Assembly: GCA_025594325.1 (NCBI GenBank)
Contig: JANHCV010000003.1
Location: 1,736,001 to 1,800,000, forward strand
Direction: 5' to 3'
Origin: Blastocladiella emersonii ATCC 22665
Taxonomy: Eukaryota > Fungi > Blastocladiomycota
DNA length: 64,000 bases
The position numbers and the translations under genes were made by a program. Numbering within the stretch: the first letter of the stretch is position 1; each line of letters opens with the position of its first letter. A model generated the notes under the pieces. The model searched no databases and was not told the DNA's origin. It worked only from the letters and a program-made list of their open reading frames with translations. Of this stretch, positions 1-13,225 are shown piece after piece.

Positions 1-117
1 GGCCGGCCGCGGGGGTCCAGGCCGGCGGCGCGCTCGCGGGGCCTTGTCCAAGGTTTGCTTCTGCTCTCGCCCTCGCTCTCCCACACAGCACGAAAGCAAA
101 CAACACAGACCATTGCA

Positions 118-801
118 ATGAACGCCTCGCTCCTGCTCCTCCTGGTCGTGGTTTTCGCGACGCTCTCGACGGCGCAGAAGGCCGAGTCGCCGACGGGCGC
201 GCAGTTTTCGTGCACCAAGCTGGACGCGAAGACGGACCCGACGTGCGCGCTGTTCCCGTTCGAGAGCGCGCTGCCGGCGGGGCAGACCGAGGGCTTCATC
301 AAGAAGATGGGGCTGACGGCGCTCCTGTGCCCGACGCTGCCGCCCAAGACCATCGGCCTGTTCCTGTGCTTCACGCCGCTCGGCAACTGCAACGGGCTGC
401 CGTGGCCGCTGCCCAAGGACGAGAACGACCTGCCGGGCGTCGTCAACATGTACAACACGGTCAACCTCGCCGAGTTTGTGCCCGTCGCCAAGGCCAAGGG
501 GTTCCCCGACAAGGTGCTCTGCTACGACGAGTGCAAGGCCTCTATCGACTTTATCAAATCGTGCCCCGCCGCCTTCAAGGGCGTCAAGCCCGACGCCGAC
601 CCGTGCGCTGGTCTCCCAACCACCAACTGCATCTCGGCCAAGGACCTCAACGCGACGACGACCGCCACTGCCGCGACCACTGCGGCTGCCCCCGCTGCGA
701 CGGCGGCGGCGAAGCCCACCAACAGCGGTGCTGGGGCGTCGGCGGCGGGCAGCCTCGGTGTCGCCGCGGCCGCTGTCGCGATTGCGGCTGCTGCCCTCTA
801 A
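118..801 (+). CDS. Secreted, probably GPI-anchored, 10-cysteine protein with Frizzled-like cysteine-rich domain
   Basis: ATG at 118. Signal peptide MNASLLLLLVVVFATLSTAQ. Ten Cys, including FLC-x6-C and C-x3-C spacing. Thr/Ala-rich stalk and a hydrophobic C-terminus (SGAGASAAGSLGVAAAAVAIAAAAL) typical of a GPI signal. Confidence 0.75.
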   Translation: MNASLLLLLVVVFATLSTAQKAESPTGAQFSCTKLDAKTDPTCALFPFESALPAGQTEGFIKKMGLTALLCPTLPPKTIGLFLCFTPLGNCNGLPWPLPKDENDLPGVVNMYNTVNLAEFVPVAKAKGFPDKVLCYDECKASIDFIKSCPAAFKGVKPDADPCAGLPTTNCISAKDLNATTTATAATTAAAPAATAAAKPTNSGAGASAAGSLGVAAAAVAIAAAAL

Positions 802-973
802 GCCGTGTGTCCAGCTCGGGGCAAGAGTGAATAGATGAGCATTGTGTGTGTAAGCTTGTTCTCACGAGTACGCGCTCGGTTTCAAGTGCTAGCTGAAGCG
901 TCCGATCGAGGTCAGGCGGATCCCGCGAGAGGCAAGATTGTGGGAGGAACGGTTTATTGCGGCGACTCCAGTC

Positions 974-1657
974 TCACTCACATCGCCCATCCTGAAAGTA
1001 TGGCCACTCGCCTGGCCACTCGCTCACACTCACCTCTGACCCGAACGCGCTAGCGCCAGCGTCGCGGCCGTCCGAGGTCACAGGTGGAGGCGGCGGTAGG
1101 GGCGGCTCGTCAAACGAGTCGAGCAGTTCGAGGAGCGTGGCCGTCGGCGAGTCAGGCCGGTTGGGCACGGGTTCGGGCGGTACGGGGCTCGTCGCGACGG
1201 GCGACACGGACGCGGGCCGCCAGGTCCCGCATGTCCTGTGCGGCGTCGAGTACGGGAGGACCGACGGGCTCGGCGCGGCGAGCGAGGCGCCGCTGCCGAA
1301 CGCGGGCGAGGGCGGCGGGATCGTACCGTAGGGTGTTGGGCCCGTGAAGAGAATTGTTGGCGGAGGTGATGGCGGGAGTGCCGGCGGTGGTGGTGGCCGA
1401 CGCACCGCCGACAGCCGCGTCGGTGTCGATGCACCCGTGGAGGACAGGTCGCCGCGGGGAAACGACATCCTGTCAGCGCAGTGGTGAGGACCCGCTCACA
1501 CCCAGAACGGCGGACGCGGTGCGCACCGCGCGTGCGGGATGGCGGCGAGGTCGGCCGACGGGCGCGCGACCCTCGGCGCCGGGGCCGGCGGGTCGTCGTC
1601 GCGCGGTCGCTCGCGGCGGTGTGATTGCACGGAGTGGTCGCGGTCGCGGTGATACAT
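974..1657 (-). CDS. Hypothetical proline/serine-rich protein (2 exons; start uncertain)
   Basis: ORF ...RPPFW(V) can be joined through a GTGAGC...CTGACAG intron to ORF 974..1468 (MSFPRGDLSS...PPPPP). Codon usage is host-like. No family recognised. Confidence 0.4.
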
Positions 1658-2140
1658 GGTCGCCGGGATCGTTGATTCGGCGGCTCGCGGCGCCGGACAT
1701 GAGCGTCGCGAAGCCGACGACGAGGGCCGATGATCGGTCACGTTCCTCTTGCCATCCATCGCACGTGGCGCGTGAGTCACGGCCACGCGGCTATCTTTGG
1801 GGCCCGCGCAGCAAAAGGTGTTTCGGATCCTAGGAACAGCCCGCTCCGGGATTTTCCGATGCAGCCCAGCCACGGCGTTTTCCAAAACGGGACGCGCCGC
1901 ACTGCTCCACTCACGCGGCTCCATCGCATTTCCATCGGCCGGCCGGCCCACGCTTGCCCCAGCCCTGCACGCGGCCCTGCACACTTGCGCCGACCAACTG
2001 ACCGACCGGCCGGCCACCGGACCCTGCACGGCCCCACTATAAAGCCCGCGCTCCCCCGCACCCTCCTACTCTTCTCCTTCGAGCTCCCTCCACACCTTTG
2101 CAAAGCCGTTAAACCCGTTACCCCCACCACACCTTTCACA

Positions 2141-3504
2141 ATGACCAACGTCCCGTCCATTTCGTCTGCCGAGGTCATGGCCCTCGAGCACGACTACTCG
2201 GCTCACAAGTATGCTCTCTCGAGAAGCCGCCGCCGTCGCACCGACCACTAACCCTCGACCTCCCCTCCGTCCACAGCTACCACCCGCTCCCCATGGTCTT
2301 CTCGCGCGCCGAGGGCGTGCACGTGTGGGACCCCGAGGGCAACCGCAAGATTGACGCGCTGTCGTGCTACTCGTCGGTCAACCAGGGCCACAGCCACCCC
2401 AAGATCCTCAAGGCGCTCGTCGACCAGGCGGGCAAGCTCGCGCTGTCGTCGCGCGCCTTCTACAACGACGTGTTCGGCCAGTACGCCAAGTTCGTGACCG
2501 AGTACTTCGGGTACGAGATGGTCCTGCCCATGAACACGGGCGCCGAGGCCGTCGAGACGGCCATCAAGCTCGCCCGCAAGTGGGGCTACATGAAGAAGGG
2601 CATCCCGCACAACCAGGCCATTGTCCTGACGGCCGCCGGCAACTTCCACGGCCGCACCATGGGCATCATCTCCATGTCGACGGACCCCGACGCGCGCGGC
2701 GGCTTCGGCCCGTACCTGCCCAACGTCGGGCCCATCTGCCCCTCGGGCGCCGTCATCGAGTACGGCAACCTCGAGTCGATGCGCCGCGCCATCGAGCTCC
2801 ACGGCAAGAACATGGCGGCCGTGCTGCTCGAGCCCATCCAGGGCGAGGCCGGTATCGTCGTCCCGCCGCCCGAGTACCTGCCCGGCGTCGCCGAGCTGTG
2901 CAAGAAGCACAACATCCTGCTCATCATCGACGAGATTCAGACGGGCCTCGGCCGCACGGGCAAGATGCTCGCGCACCAGTGGGACAACATCAAGCCCGAC
3001 ATTGTCATCCTCGGCAAGGCGCTGTCCGGCGGCATGTACCCCGTGTCGGCGGTGCTCTCGTCCAAGGACGTGATGCTCTGCATCAAGCCCGGCGAGCACG
3101 GCTCGACGTACGGCGGCAACCCGCTCGGGTCGGCGGTGGCCATCGCCGCGCTCAAGGTGCTCAAGGAGGACAACCTGGTCGAGAACGCGCAGGTCATGGG
3201 CGAGCGGTTCCGCACCAAGCTCGCCGCCATCGACTCGCCGCTCATCGAGCTGGTCCGCGGCCGCGGCCTGCTCAACGCCCTCGTCATCAACGAGGCCGCC
3301 TCGGACAAGACGGCGTGGCACATCTGCCTGCTCCTCAAGGAGCGCGGCCTCCTGTGCAAGCCCACGCACCAGAACATCATCCGCCTCGCGCCCCCGCTCA
3401 CCATCACGGCCGAGCAGGTCGACGAGTGCATCGACATCATCGCCGGCGTGCTCCGCGATATCGTGTCCATGAAGATCGAGGACATTCCCGGCATCGAGCA
3501 CTAA
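2141..3504 (+). CDS. CAR2: Ornithine aminotransferase (class III PLP-dependent)
   Basis: Exon 1 [22 protein letters not shown]. Intron 2209-2276 restores NYHPLPMVF. Motifs [46 protein letters not shown] (PLP Lys) and [10 protein letters not shown]. Confidence 0.97.
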
Positions 3505-3838
3505 AGCGAAAGCGCGCGGGCCGTGTTGTCGTCGTCGTCGTCGTTCGACTCGTCGAGTGTCAAGACTCTTTTTGTGTGGTGTGTGTCCGCGACTCCACTT
3601 GTACATTCCCAATCTCTAGTCCTTCGTGCCTTAATCATCATCATAGCATCTCTTTCAACATGACCATCATCTCCACTTCGCTCGAGAAGGAGTTGTCCCA
3701 CGCCGTCAGATGATTCCGCGACGCGTCGCCGAAAATGTCTCGCACCCTTGACCCTCGCGCTTGATATCATCCTCGTCGTGTCCATACGTGGCGATGCCAT
3801 GACGCAACAGCCTGAAATGTAACTGAGCGCAAACAACC

Positions 3839-5898
3839 ATGCCAACCGTTACGATACGATCCAACAACGGCCACGGCCACGGCCATGCACACCACGCGCC
3901 CACGTCGTCCACGAGCAAACCCGCCGCGGGCGCCGGCGCGGCCAAGGTCGAGGGTAACGCGCCTAACTTGATCCCGGGGAGCGTCGCTACGGCTGCGCCG
4001 ACACCTGTGCCCGAGCTCGGTGCGGGCGATGAAGAAGAAGAAGAGGCGGCAGGAACAGCGCGAGATGGACAGCTCGAGGTACGCTCCGTGACGATGGTGG
4101 TGGAGAGGGCCGGTCGCTAATCCGAGCGCGGTAATGTAGGAGTACGCGCGCATCCTGCTCAACGAGCTTGAGCACAAGAATGCCGAGATCGAGGAGCTGC
4201 GCGAGGTGCTCGAAGGTACGCCGACATTCTCACGCCCTCCCTCGTCAAGCGCTCTCACACCCGCCCCACTTCGTAGAAGCCAACGCCCGCGCCGCCGCCG
4301 CCGACCCGTCCGCCGCGCACTTCGCGCCGATCGCGTCCGAGGAGCTCCAGCGCGGCGCGCTCCTGGACCTCGCCAAGAAAGTCCGCCGCCTGACCGTCGC
4401 CCTGGAGCGCGAGCGGCGCACGACGAAGCGGCAGTCCGACCGCGTCAGCGAGCTCGAGTCGGCCCTCGCGGCCAAGACGTCGCCCGCAGTCGCCGTCGAC
4501 ACCCAAATTCAGGCGGTGCAGGCCGACGCGAAAGCCGTGCGCGACCGGCTCGCGGCCGCGACGCGCAAACTCGACGAGGAGAAGGCGACGGCCGCGGGAC
4601 TCCGTGCCGAGGTCGCGCGGCTCCAGCGCGCGCTGGCGGCGGAGCTCGGGACCGATGGCGCGGCAACGGTCGCTCGCGCGGCGGCTGCTGGGGCGAATGG
4701 TGGGAGCGGCAGCGGGTGGAAGGGTCGCGCGCAGCAGATCGCGGTGTTGCGGAGTAAGAACAAGGAGATGCAGCGCAAGATCGAGCAGCTGACGGTCGCG
4801 CTCGACGCGGCCGGCAAGGCCGAGCCGAACAAGTCCGCGAGCAGCGTACGGTCGACTCCCGCTCCTTCCGCATCGCGGTCCGCGTCGACCACGGGCCAGC
4901 ACTTGCCCGACGTTGAGCAGCTGCTTGATCTCGACGAGCGCGCTGTGCAGGCGCAGGCCAAGGTGTTCCGCAAGCTCGAGGCGCGGCGCAAGCAGTCCGA
5001 GGCCGACCGCGACGCCGAGCTCGACAAGCTGCGCGACGAGGCCGCGGGTCACACGCGCACCGTCGAGGCCCTCCAGGCGCGCAACCGCACGCTGGTCCAG
5101 GCGCAAAAGGACCTCAAGGCCAAGCTCACGGCGGTTCTTGACAAGGCCGGGAACGACGATAAGCTCATCCGCGTGCTCCAGAAGGAGGTCGCGCAGCTCA
5201 AGGGCCTGCTCCTCGCACCCGTACAGCAGCAGCAGCAGCAGGTCCGGACCGAAGGCCGTCGCGGGTCCGGGTTCCTCACGGTCCCGGGCCAGCAGCCGGC
5301 TCCAGCGGCGACGAGTGGTGGTAGCAGCCATCCCGGATCCGCTTCGAGCGGGCACCACGGCGGCGGCGGGCTGGTCGGTGCCGCGGCCGCGGCGTCGCAC
5401 GCGGCAACATCGTCGGTCCTCCTCGACCCGGCGGCGCGCGTCGAGCTCGACCGGCTGCGCGAGCTGCGGCGCGTGCAGAGCGAGGCGATCCAGGCCAAGA
5501 CGCAGAAGATTGCGCAGCTCGAGATCGCGCTGCAGCACGAGCGCCGGATGCGCGCGCAGTGGCACCCGCCGCCGCACGGGTCTTCGACGACTACGGCCGC
5601 GCCCGGAGCAAGCGGGGTAAGCCCCGTCGCGCCGCACATCGTGCCGCCGTCGGAGCGCGACGCGTACGAGGCCGAGACGGCCCGGCTGCGGTCCAAGGTC
5701 GAGGTGTTGCGCGACGAGGTGCGCGTGCTCCAGTCGGCGCTCGAGGCCAGCGCCGCCGCCAAGGAGCGCGAGCTCGCCATGTACTGCCGCATGCTCGACG
5801 AGGCCAAGCGCGCCATGGTGCATCACGGCGTCGCGATCGGGCACCACGGCGGCGGTGCGGCCGCGGCGGCTAAGGGCAAGGTCGGCGTGGCGACGTAG
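3839..5898 (+). CDS. CCDC13: Coiled-coil domain-containing protein 13-like (centriolar satellite/cilia), 3 exons
   Basis: Long coiled coils. LLDLAKKVRRLTVALERE and GWKGRAQQIAVLRSK match the recalled CCDC13 signature (W[RK]GRAQQI..L). Two GTACG introns near 4080-4140 and 4217-4277. Confidence 0.8.
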
Positions 5899-6473
5899 AG
5901 AACTGTACGATTCCGTGATTGATAGAATGACTGAGCCACTCGAGTCACTCCGACATGCGAACGCGTGAGTCGCGTCGGCGTCGCGCGAGTCTATCCGCAC
6001 GTGCGCGGCGCTGAGTGACGCCATGGGCCGAGCTGCTGCGGTGCTCGCTGCTGCGCCCACGGCCGCGTCGCGGACTTCATCTCACTTCTCCGCTCGTAGA
6101 GTGCACTCTAACCGACGCGCAATCCTCGCCGTCCACCACTGCCTGCAACAGGTGTGCACGAATGCATCTCATGGACCCCGCGGGCGCTGACGATGGATCT
6201 GCGAGCGCAGAAAGCCGTGTAGCCTGCGCGTCCTCGCGGGAGAGCTACCCTCACCCGTCCTCACGACACCCACCGTTGAACCAGCTTCTTCGCCCTGCCT
6301 CTCTGATCTGTTCCGCGCACCGGCGCGCTCTCGCGGTTGGCACCATGGCCTGCTAAGCGGCCCTCCCGACCCATCACCACCCGCTGCCTGCCCCTGCACT
6401 TGCCGCCCGTCTACTCGCCCTCTTCGCACTCTCGCCCAATCGCTCGACCCGCCGCTTCTACCTCAACTCTGCC

Positions 6474-9400
6474 ATGGACCCGTCCATAGAGGAACTCCAG
6501 TCCAACGAGGTACCGCTCTCGCTGCAATCGCACTGTTACTCCCGCTCACACTCCCCCAACCTCCAGGTCGAGGCGATCCGCGCCATCTACATTGAAGAAT
6601 TCGAGCCCCTCAAACCGCCACCTTCCGCATGGAAAGTCGTGACGCCGAACCCACGCCCGCCGCTGCCGAGCTTCCGCCTGCGCCTGCGCCCGACCTCCGA
6701 GCAAAACCACATCCGCGACCTCGTCTTCCTTGACCTCGAGGTCCGCTTCACCCGCAACTACCCGCGCGATGTCCCGGAACTCGCCCTCGGCGCCAATCAG
6801 GGCGTCGCCGCGTCGCGCCTGCCCGGCCTCCTCGCCGAGCTCCGCACGCGCGCCCGCAGCCTGCGCGGCCAGGAGATGGTGTACGAGCTCGCCACCTTCG
6901 TCACCGAGTGGCTCGACTCCAACCACACCATCAGCGTGCTCCCCGTCCCGCCTGCGCAGGCAAAAGGCGTCGTGTCGTCGTTCGAGAAGATGAAGTCGCG
7001 CCACGCCATCGAGTCGGAGCGCCGCGACGCCGAGCAGCGCGCCCTCGAAGAGGCGAGAACGCGCGAGCGCGAGCGCGAGGCCCTCGCCGTCTCGCGCCAG
7101 CTCGACGCGCACCTCCAGCGCGAGCAGGAGCGCCGCGAGCGCGTCAAGGACGAGAACCGGCGACGCCGGCGCCACGACTCGGCGCTCCCCGGCCTCGCGT
7201 GGTACCAGCTCGAGGGCACCATTGATTTGGGGACGCGGTTCCACCTCAACCGCGTCGTCGCCGTGTCCCCCGACGACCCCGACTCGCAGGTCTTCGAGGC
7301 CCTGCTCGTCGTCCGCCGCCTCGCAGGCAACGCGGCGCTCCCGTCGACGGGTTCCGGCGCCGCGGGATCGTCGGGCAGCGGCGATAGCGGGAACGGGGGT
7401 TCCGCCGCGGCCAAGAGCGCGCGCCAGTTCCACTGCACGCGGCTGCTGTGCGTCGACACGCGGTCGGAGCGCCCGCTGCTCGTGCACCTCGCGCGGACGA
7501 ATCACGTCATCGCGTCGGCCATCATCCACCAGCTCAAGCCGCTCGCGCTGACGTGCTCGTCGGCCACGTTCCACCCGCACATCTGCACACTGTACGACTT
7601 TCTCCTGCACCACGAGGACGACGCGTGGGCGATCCTCGCGCTCGAGGAGCCGTGCGACGACGGGTCGCTCGAGCAGCTCCTCGCGCAGTGCCGCAAGCTT
7701 GACATCAACGTCGCGTGCACCTACGCGTTCCAGCTGCTCGGCGCCCTCGGCCACCTCCACGAGACCACCGCGCACGGGTGCCTGGACCTCGAGCACGTCC
7801 TCGTCTCGGGCGACGGCGCACTCAAGCTCTCGTGCGCGACCGCCGTCATGGGCCGCCGCCCGCCGAAATGGGCCGACCCGTGGTGTACCGACTTTGACGA
7901 TCCGAAGGGGTGCGACGTCTACCACGTCGCCCTCGCGTTCCTCGTCATGATCGCCGGGACCAAGGTCCTCGACTACTTTTCGCCCTCGTCGCTCCTCGAC
8001 CTGTGGCGCCACGCCGCCACGGCCGCCGGCGGCACCAGCTCACCCAACGGGCCCAACGCGCCCGGCGGCGGTCCCGGCAGTACCGCCAACGGCGGCCCGA
8101 GCGCGCCGCCGAGCCGCGCCGGCAGCGAGCGTGGCGGGATCCGCGAGAACTCGCTCCAGTACAAGGAGACGCGCGACCTGCTGTCGCGGCTCCCCAAGTC
8201 GCTCAAGGACACGCTGACGGGCATGCTCACGCACAACCACCGGCCCGTGACCGAGCTCGCGCACTACTTCGGGTCGCTCTCACGCCGCATCCAGGCGTCC
8301 GCGCTGACCGGCGGACCTGGCGGCGGCGTCGCCGCGCTCGACTCGTTGCTCCTCCTGCCCGGCGCCGCGGGACTCCACGCAGCGGCAGCTGCCGCGCGGG
8401 GCCCGCTGCACCACCTCCCGCCCATCGCGTCGGCCGCCGGTGGACCCGGTGCTGCTGCGGCCGTCGTCGCAGGCGCAGCCGCGTCCCCGCTGTCGCGGTA
8501 CCGCACCGACTTCGAGGAGCTCGAGTACATTGGGCGCGGCGGGTTCGGCCAGGTCGTCAAGGCGCGCAACCGGCTCGACGGCCGCGTCTACGCCATCAAG
8601 ACGGTCCCGCTGTCGCGCGACTCCAACGACAACCGCAAGCTCCTGCGCGAGGTCCGCACGCTGTCAAGGCTCAACTCGTCGCGCTGCGTCCGATACTACC
8701 AGGCGTGGGTCGAGGACTCGCAGGGGAAGTGGGTCGAGGACTCGGACGGCGAGCTCGGCGGCGCGTCGGCGTCTGCGACCGAGTCGGAGACTGAGTCGAG
8801 CAGCAGTGGCAGCGACGAGGATGGGGATGGGAGCGCGGCGACTGACTCGCTCAACGCCCGCGGACCACCGCGCAGGGCGTCCCGCGCCAACACCAAGACC
8901 GCGGCGGCGGCGGGTAAGAAGTCGCCGCCGTCCCTGTCGTCGTCCGAGGCCGAGACGTCGAGCGGGTCCGAGTGCGAGTCGGACTCGAGCGAGGAAGAGG
9001 AGGAGGAGGACGACTGGATCTCGTACGACCGGTCCAGCTCGTTCGTCCAGTCCAAGAACGCGCACATCAACCGCTTCTTCGTCGTGCCCTCGTCGTCGTC
9101 CGAGAACGAGGACGACGAGTCCGAGTCGAGCAGCAGCGACGAGTCGGGTCCCGGCGGCGCCAGCACGGCCAAGACGGCGCGGTCCACCAAGTCGCGCGCG
9201 TCCTCCACGTCGTCGCTCGCGCGCAAGGGCGGCCAGCCCGCTTCGATTGCCAACGGCAAGAAGAAGCTCACCCGGTCCATGTCGCCGTCGTCGCTCCTCG
9301 ACCCCAAGGTCCTCGGCGCGCTGCAGTCCCCCTCGTCGACATCGTCGTCGCTGTCCGAGTCGACCGACGCGCCGCCCCCGCCCGGCAAGAACGGTAAGCC

Positions 9401-12400
9401 CGCCGCCGATTCGGACCCGACGAGCGCCACGAGCGGCGGGTTCAAGACGCTGTACATCCAGATGGAGTACTGCGAGAACCGCACGCTCAGCGACGTGATC
9501 GAGCACGGGCTCACGGTCAACGAGGCGTGGCGCCTGTTCCGCCAGATCGTCGAGGGCCTCGTCCACATCCACGCCCAGGGCATGATCCACCGCGACCTCA
9601 AGCGTACGTTTCCGGCGTGTGATGCGAGCAGCGCCGATGCTAACTCGTCGTCGCGTGGTATGTAGCCAAGAACATTTTCCTCGACTCCGAGTCCAACGTC
9701 AAGATCGGCGACTTTGGGCTCGCGACCACATTCTTCTTCACGTCGTCCATGGACGGCAGCGCGCTGGCGCACACGTCGCCGGTCGGCGGCGGGACCGCGG
9801 GTGCCGCGCTCGGCGCCGCGCGCGACGAGATGGCCGCGTCGCTCAGCCGCATCGACCGGTCGCTGACGGGCGACATCGGCACGGCCATGTACACGGCGCC
9901 CGAGGTGCGGTCGGCGCACGTGAAGTACGGGCAGAAGGTCGACATGTACTCGCTCGGGATCATCTTCTTCGAGATGCTGTACTCGTTCTCGACGGGCATG
10001 GAGCGCGTGCACACGCTGCGCGACCTGCGGTCGCCCGAGGTCGTGTTCCCCGCGGGGTTCCCCGCCGCGGCCGACGCACCGCAGCGCCAGGTCATCGCGT
10101 GGCTGCTCAGCCACGACCCGGCGGCGCGGCCCACGTCGCTCGAGCTGCTCCAGTGCCACCTGCTGCCGACCACCATGGAGGACGAGTACATCCAGGAGGC
10201 GATGCGCACGCTGACCAACCCCAACAACACGGTCCACTACTCGCGCCTCATGCACGCGCTGTTCGAGCAGCCCGCCAACGACTTCCTCCAGTACACGTAC
10301 GACGAGCGGCAGCCGCTCGACGCCAAGTACCTCCACGCGCTGACCACGGTCCAGGACCTCGTCACCCGCACCTTCCGCATGCACGGCGCCGCGCACGTCC
10401 CGACCCCGCTCATGGCCGCCGTCACCGACGCGTACTCGGGCAAGCGGATCGCGCAGTTCATTGACCCGCAGGGAAACCACGTCATGCTCCCGTACAACCT
10501 CACGGTGCCTTTCGCCCAGTACGTCGCCCGCAACAACGTCACGCAGTGCAAGCGGTTCGCGTGGGGCCACGTCTACCGCGAGAACGGCGTCGGCGGACAG
10601 CCGCGCGCCGCGCTCGAGGCCGACTTTGACATTGTCTGCCCGATCCCGCGGTCGACGCCGTTGCCGCTCGGTACCGGTGCGGGCGGCGCGTCGGCCAGCG
10701 GGTCCTCGGGTTCGGCGGCCGGTTCTTCGACAAGCGGCGGCAGTGCGTCGGGCGCCGTCTTCTCCGAGTCGAGCCGCGCCAAGGTGCAGGCGGCGCTCGG
10801 GATCGCGCCGTGCGTGCCGCTGCCGATCGAGGCCGAGGTGATCCAGGTGACGGCGCAGGTGCTTGACGCGATGCCGCCGATTCACCGGCAGGGGTACCAC
10901 CTCGTCATCAACCACACGCTGCTCGTCGACGCGCTGCTGCGGTTCGCGCGCGTCCCCGAGCACCAGCACCAGGTCGTCATCACGACGCTCGACCAGACGT
11001 ACAAGTCGACGGCGGCGCAGATCCGCGCGCGGTTGCAGTCGATTCTGACGAAACGGTGCGTCGAGGAGCTCATGCCGTTCATCGCGCCGCAGGACCTCGC
11101 CGCGCTGCGCAAGGCGCTCGCGCCCGTGGTCGCGGGAAAGGGCCAGGGCGCCGTCGTCGGCCCGCTCGTCGCGCACCTCGACTGCCTGATCGCGTGGCTC
11201 CGGCATCTCGGGGTCGCGTGCACCGTCCTCGTCGCGCCGCTCCTCACGTACAACTACGCGACGTACCGCGGCGGCATCGTGTTCCAGGCCCGCCTCAACG
11301 CACTGCAGCAGCGCGCCGACGTGGTCGCGTCCGGTGGGCGGTACGACTACCTGATCGCGCGCTCGTTTCCGCCCGGCCAGCGGCCGCCGTCGTCGACGGG
11401 CGGCGGCGGTGGTGGAGCTGGCGGCGCGCATCTTCTCGGTGTCTCGGCGGGCCCCGCGGGGATGGGCATGCACCTCGCGGTCCAGAAGCTCGCGTGGATC
11501 CATCAGCAGCACTTTGACCGGACGTGCACGCAGGTCCTCGTCGCGTCGTACGGCGTCGGGCTGCTCGCGGAGCGCATGCGCGTCGCGCGCGAGATGTGGC
11601 AGGCCGGGATCCCGTGCGAGTTTTTGTGTACGTACTGACTGCCGCGACTTTTATGAGCCGTGACGGACACGCGCGACCACGACGTGTAGACGAGGACAGC
11701 TCGAACGTGGACGTGCTGATGCAGCAGTGCAAGCAGCAGGGGATCGCGTTCTGCGTGTTCGTCAAGGGCGACGCGTCGGGCACCGTCAAGGTGCGCAACG
11801 TGCGCACGCGGACCGAGGTCGAGCAGCTGCGCACGGGGCTCGTCGACCACCTCCTGCTCGAGCTTACCGCGGACCCGGCTGCCGACGCGTCGCTCCTCGC
11901 CACGCTCGCGCCGCACTCGAACGCGTCGTCGGCGGGTGCCAGCCCGCTCGTCGGCGGCCATGGCCACGGGTACCACGGTCACGGCCACGGTCACCATGGG
12001 CTCGCCGCGCACCACCACGCGTCCGGCAGCACGGGCAACATGGCGCCCGTCTCGACCGGGCCCGTGTCGATCGTCACGCCACCGGCCGTGCTGCGCAAGA
12101 TGAAGCACAAGCAGAAGCAGCAGGTCATGGAGAAGGCGGCGAGCTCGGTGACGCGGTGCGCGAGCGACGTGCTGGGCGGGCCCGTCGTCGCCGTCTACTC
12201 GCTGTCGCTCGACGTGCTCAAGGCCATCGCGGCCGAGTTTGCCGCGCAGATCGGCGGCGCGGTCGCGTCGGCGCCCATTACGGTCGCGAACCGGACCGCT
12301 GCAGCACCGGCATCGGCTGCGCGGCAACCGTCTGCGGCGGTCGTCAAGTCGGCAACAGACCTGGTGCACTCAAACGCAGACCGCGACCTCGTCGCGCAGG

Positions 12401-12498
12401 TCCGGTCCGCGCTCGCCAAGTTCAAGAGCAACGGGCACCGCGTGTGCTTCCTGTACGCGGTGCACCAGGACGCGCACTGTCTCGCGCCGCTCAACTGA
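6474..12498 (+). CDS. GCN2: eIF2-alpha kinase GCN2 (RWD, pseudokinase, kinase, HisRS-like, C-terminal domain)
   Basis: RWD (EVRFTRNYPRDVPEL). SRYRTDFEELEYIGRGGFGQVVKARNRLDGRVYAIK, LYIQMEYCE, HRDLK|PKNIFLD...KIGDFGLA, IGTAMYTAPE, KVDMYSLGIIFFEM. HisRS-like GGRYDYL. Introns near 6510, 9604-9668 and 11631-11690. Confidence 0.96.
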
Positions 12499-12703
12499 CG
12501 ACGGCGCGACGCGCGCGCAGAGGAGGCTTTTTCGTATTGCTGCTATACCATTCACCCGCTCTTTTTGATTCGTCGGGTTTTGTCGTGCGAGTGTCTCGTA
12601 GTGAGGCACGGTATACCGCCTGGTTGCACATCGCGGCGTGGGAGGGTGCCGGACTGAAGAACGTGTATATCAACAAGCTTGCAGGAGGATGCGGGAAAAC
12701 CAA

Positions 12704-13225
12704 TCAGGCCTCGCCCATCTCGATCTCGTTGGACTCGGGCGCCGCCGCCGCGTCTTCTGCGGGTGCGGCGGCGGGCTCGCTTGGGTCGCTCGCGCCGCGG
12801 ATGTACATGACGTTGTTGCACCTGCACACACGGGAGCGCGGTCAGCGGGCGATGGTATGGTAGAAAAGGGGGAAGGAGAGCGTACCGCACAAGCACCTCG
12901 CCGAGCTCGCCCGTGCTGACGCCGTTGACGTACTCCTCGGTCTTCTCGAGCTACATTCGTTCGAAGACCGGTGAGAACGAGGTGGTTCGCGACGCCGCGG
13001 ACGCGAAGAGAGACGAACGAACCTTGAAGTTCATGTACTCGTCGTAGGCAGCGAGGACGCCCTTGTACTCCATGCCCCACTTGAGGCGGACGATGACGGG
13101 GTTGCCCATCAGGTCGTTGAGGAAGGGCTTCGGGTTCACGGGCTGGAACTACGCGGGCGGTTGGCGGTTGGCGGGTCAACATGAATTCATGGAATTGCAT
13201 GGAGTGGGCGGGCACGAACGGTCAT
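12704..13225 (-). CDS. SMX3: Small nuclear ribonucleoprotein Sm F (4 exons)
   Basis: Spliced product MT|[42 protein letters not shown]|[18 protein letters not shown]|[13 protein letters not shown] contains the Sm1 and Sm2 motifs. Confidence 0.93.

Noticed and set aside
3791-3810. RFX X-box upstream of CCDC13 (GATGCCATGACGCAAC), and a similar sequence at the RRP41 start
   Set aside because: The CCDC13 candidate mismatches the consensus in both half-sites, and the RRP41 one overlaps the start codon and splice donor.
5899-6473. Regulatory uORFs upstream of GCN2
   Set aside because: ATGs are present, but the TSS is unknown, there is no distinctive arrangement, and GCN2 itself is not known to be uORF-controlled.
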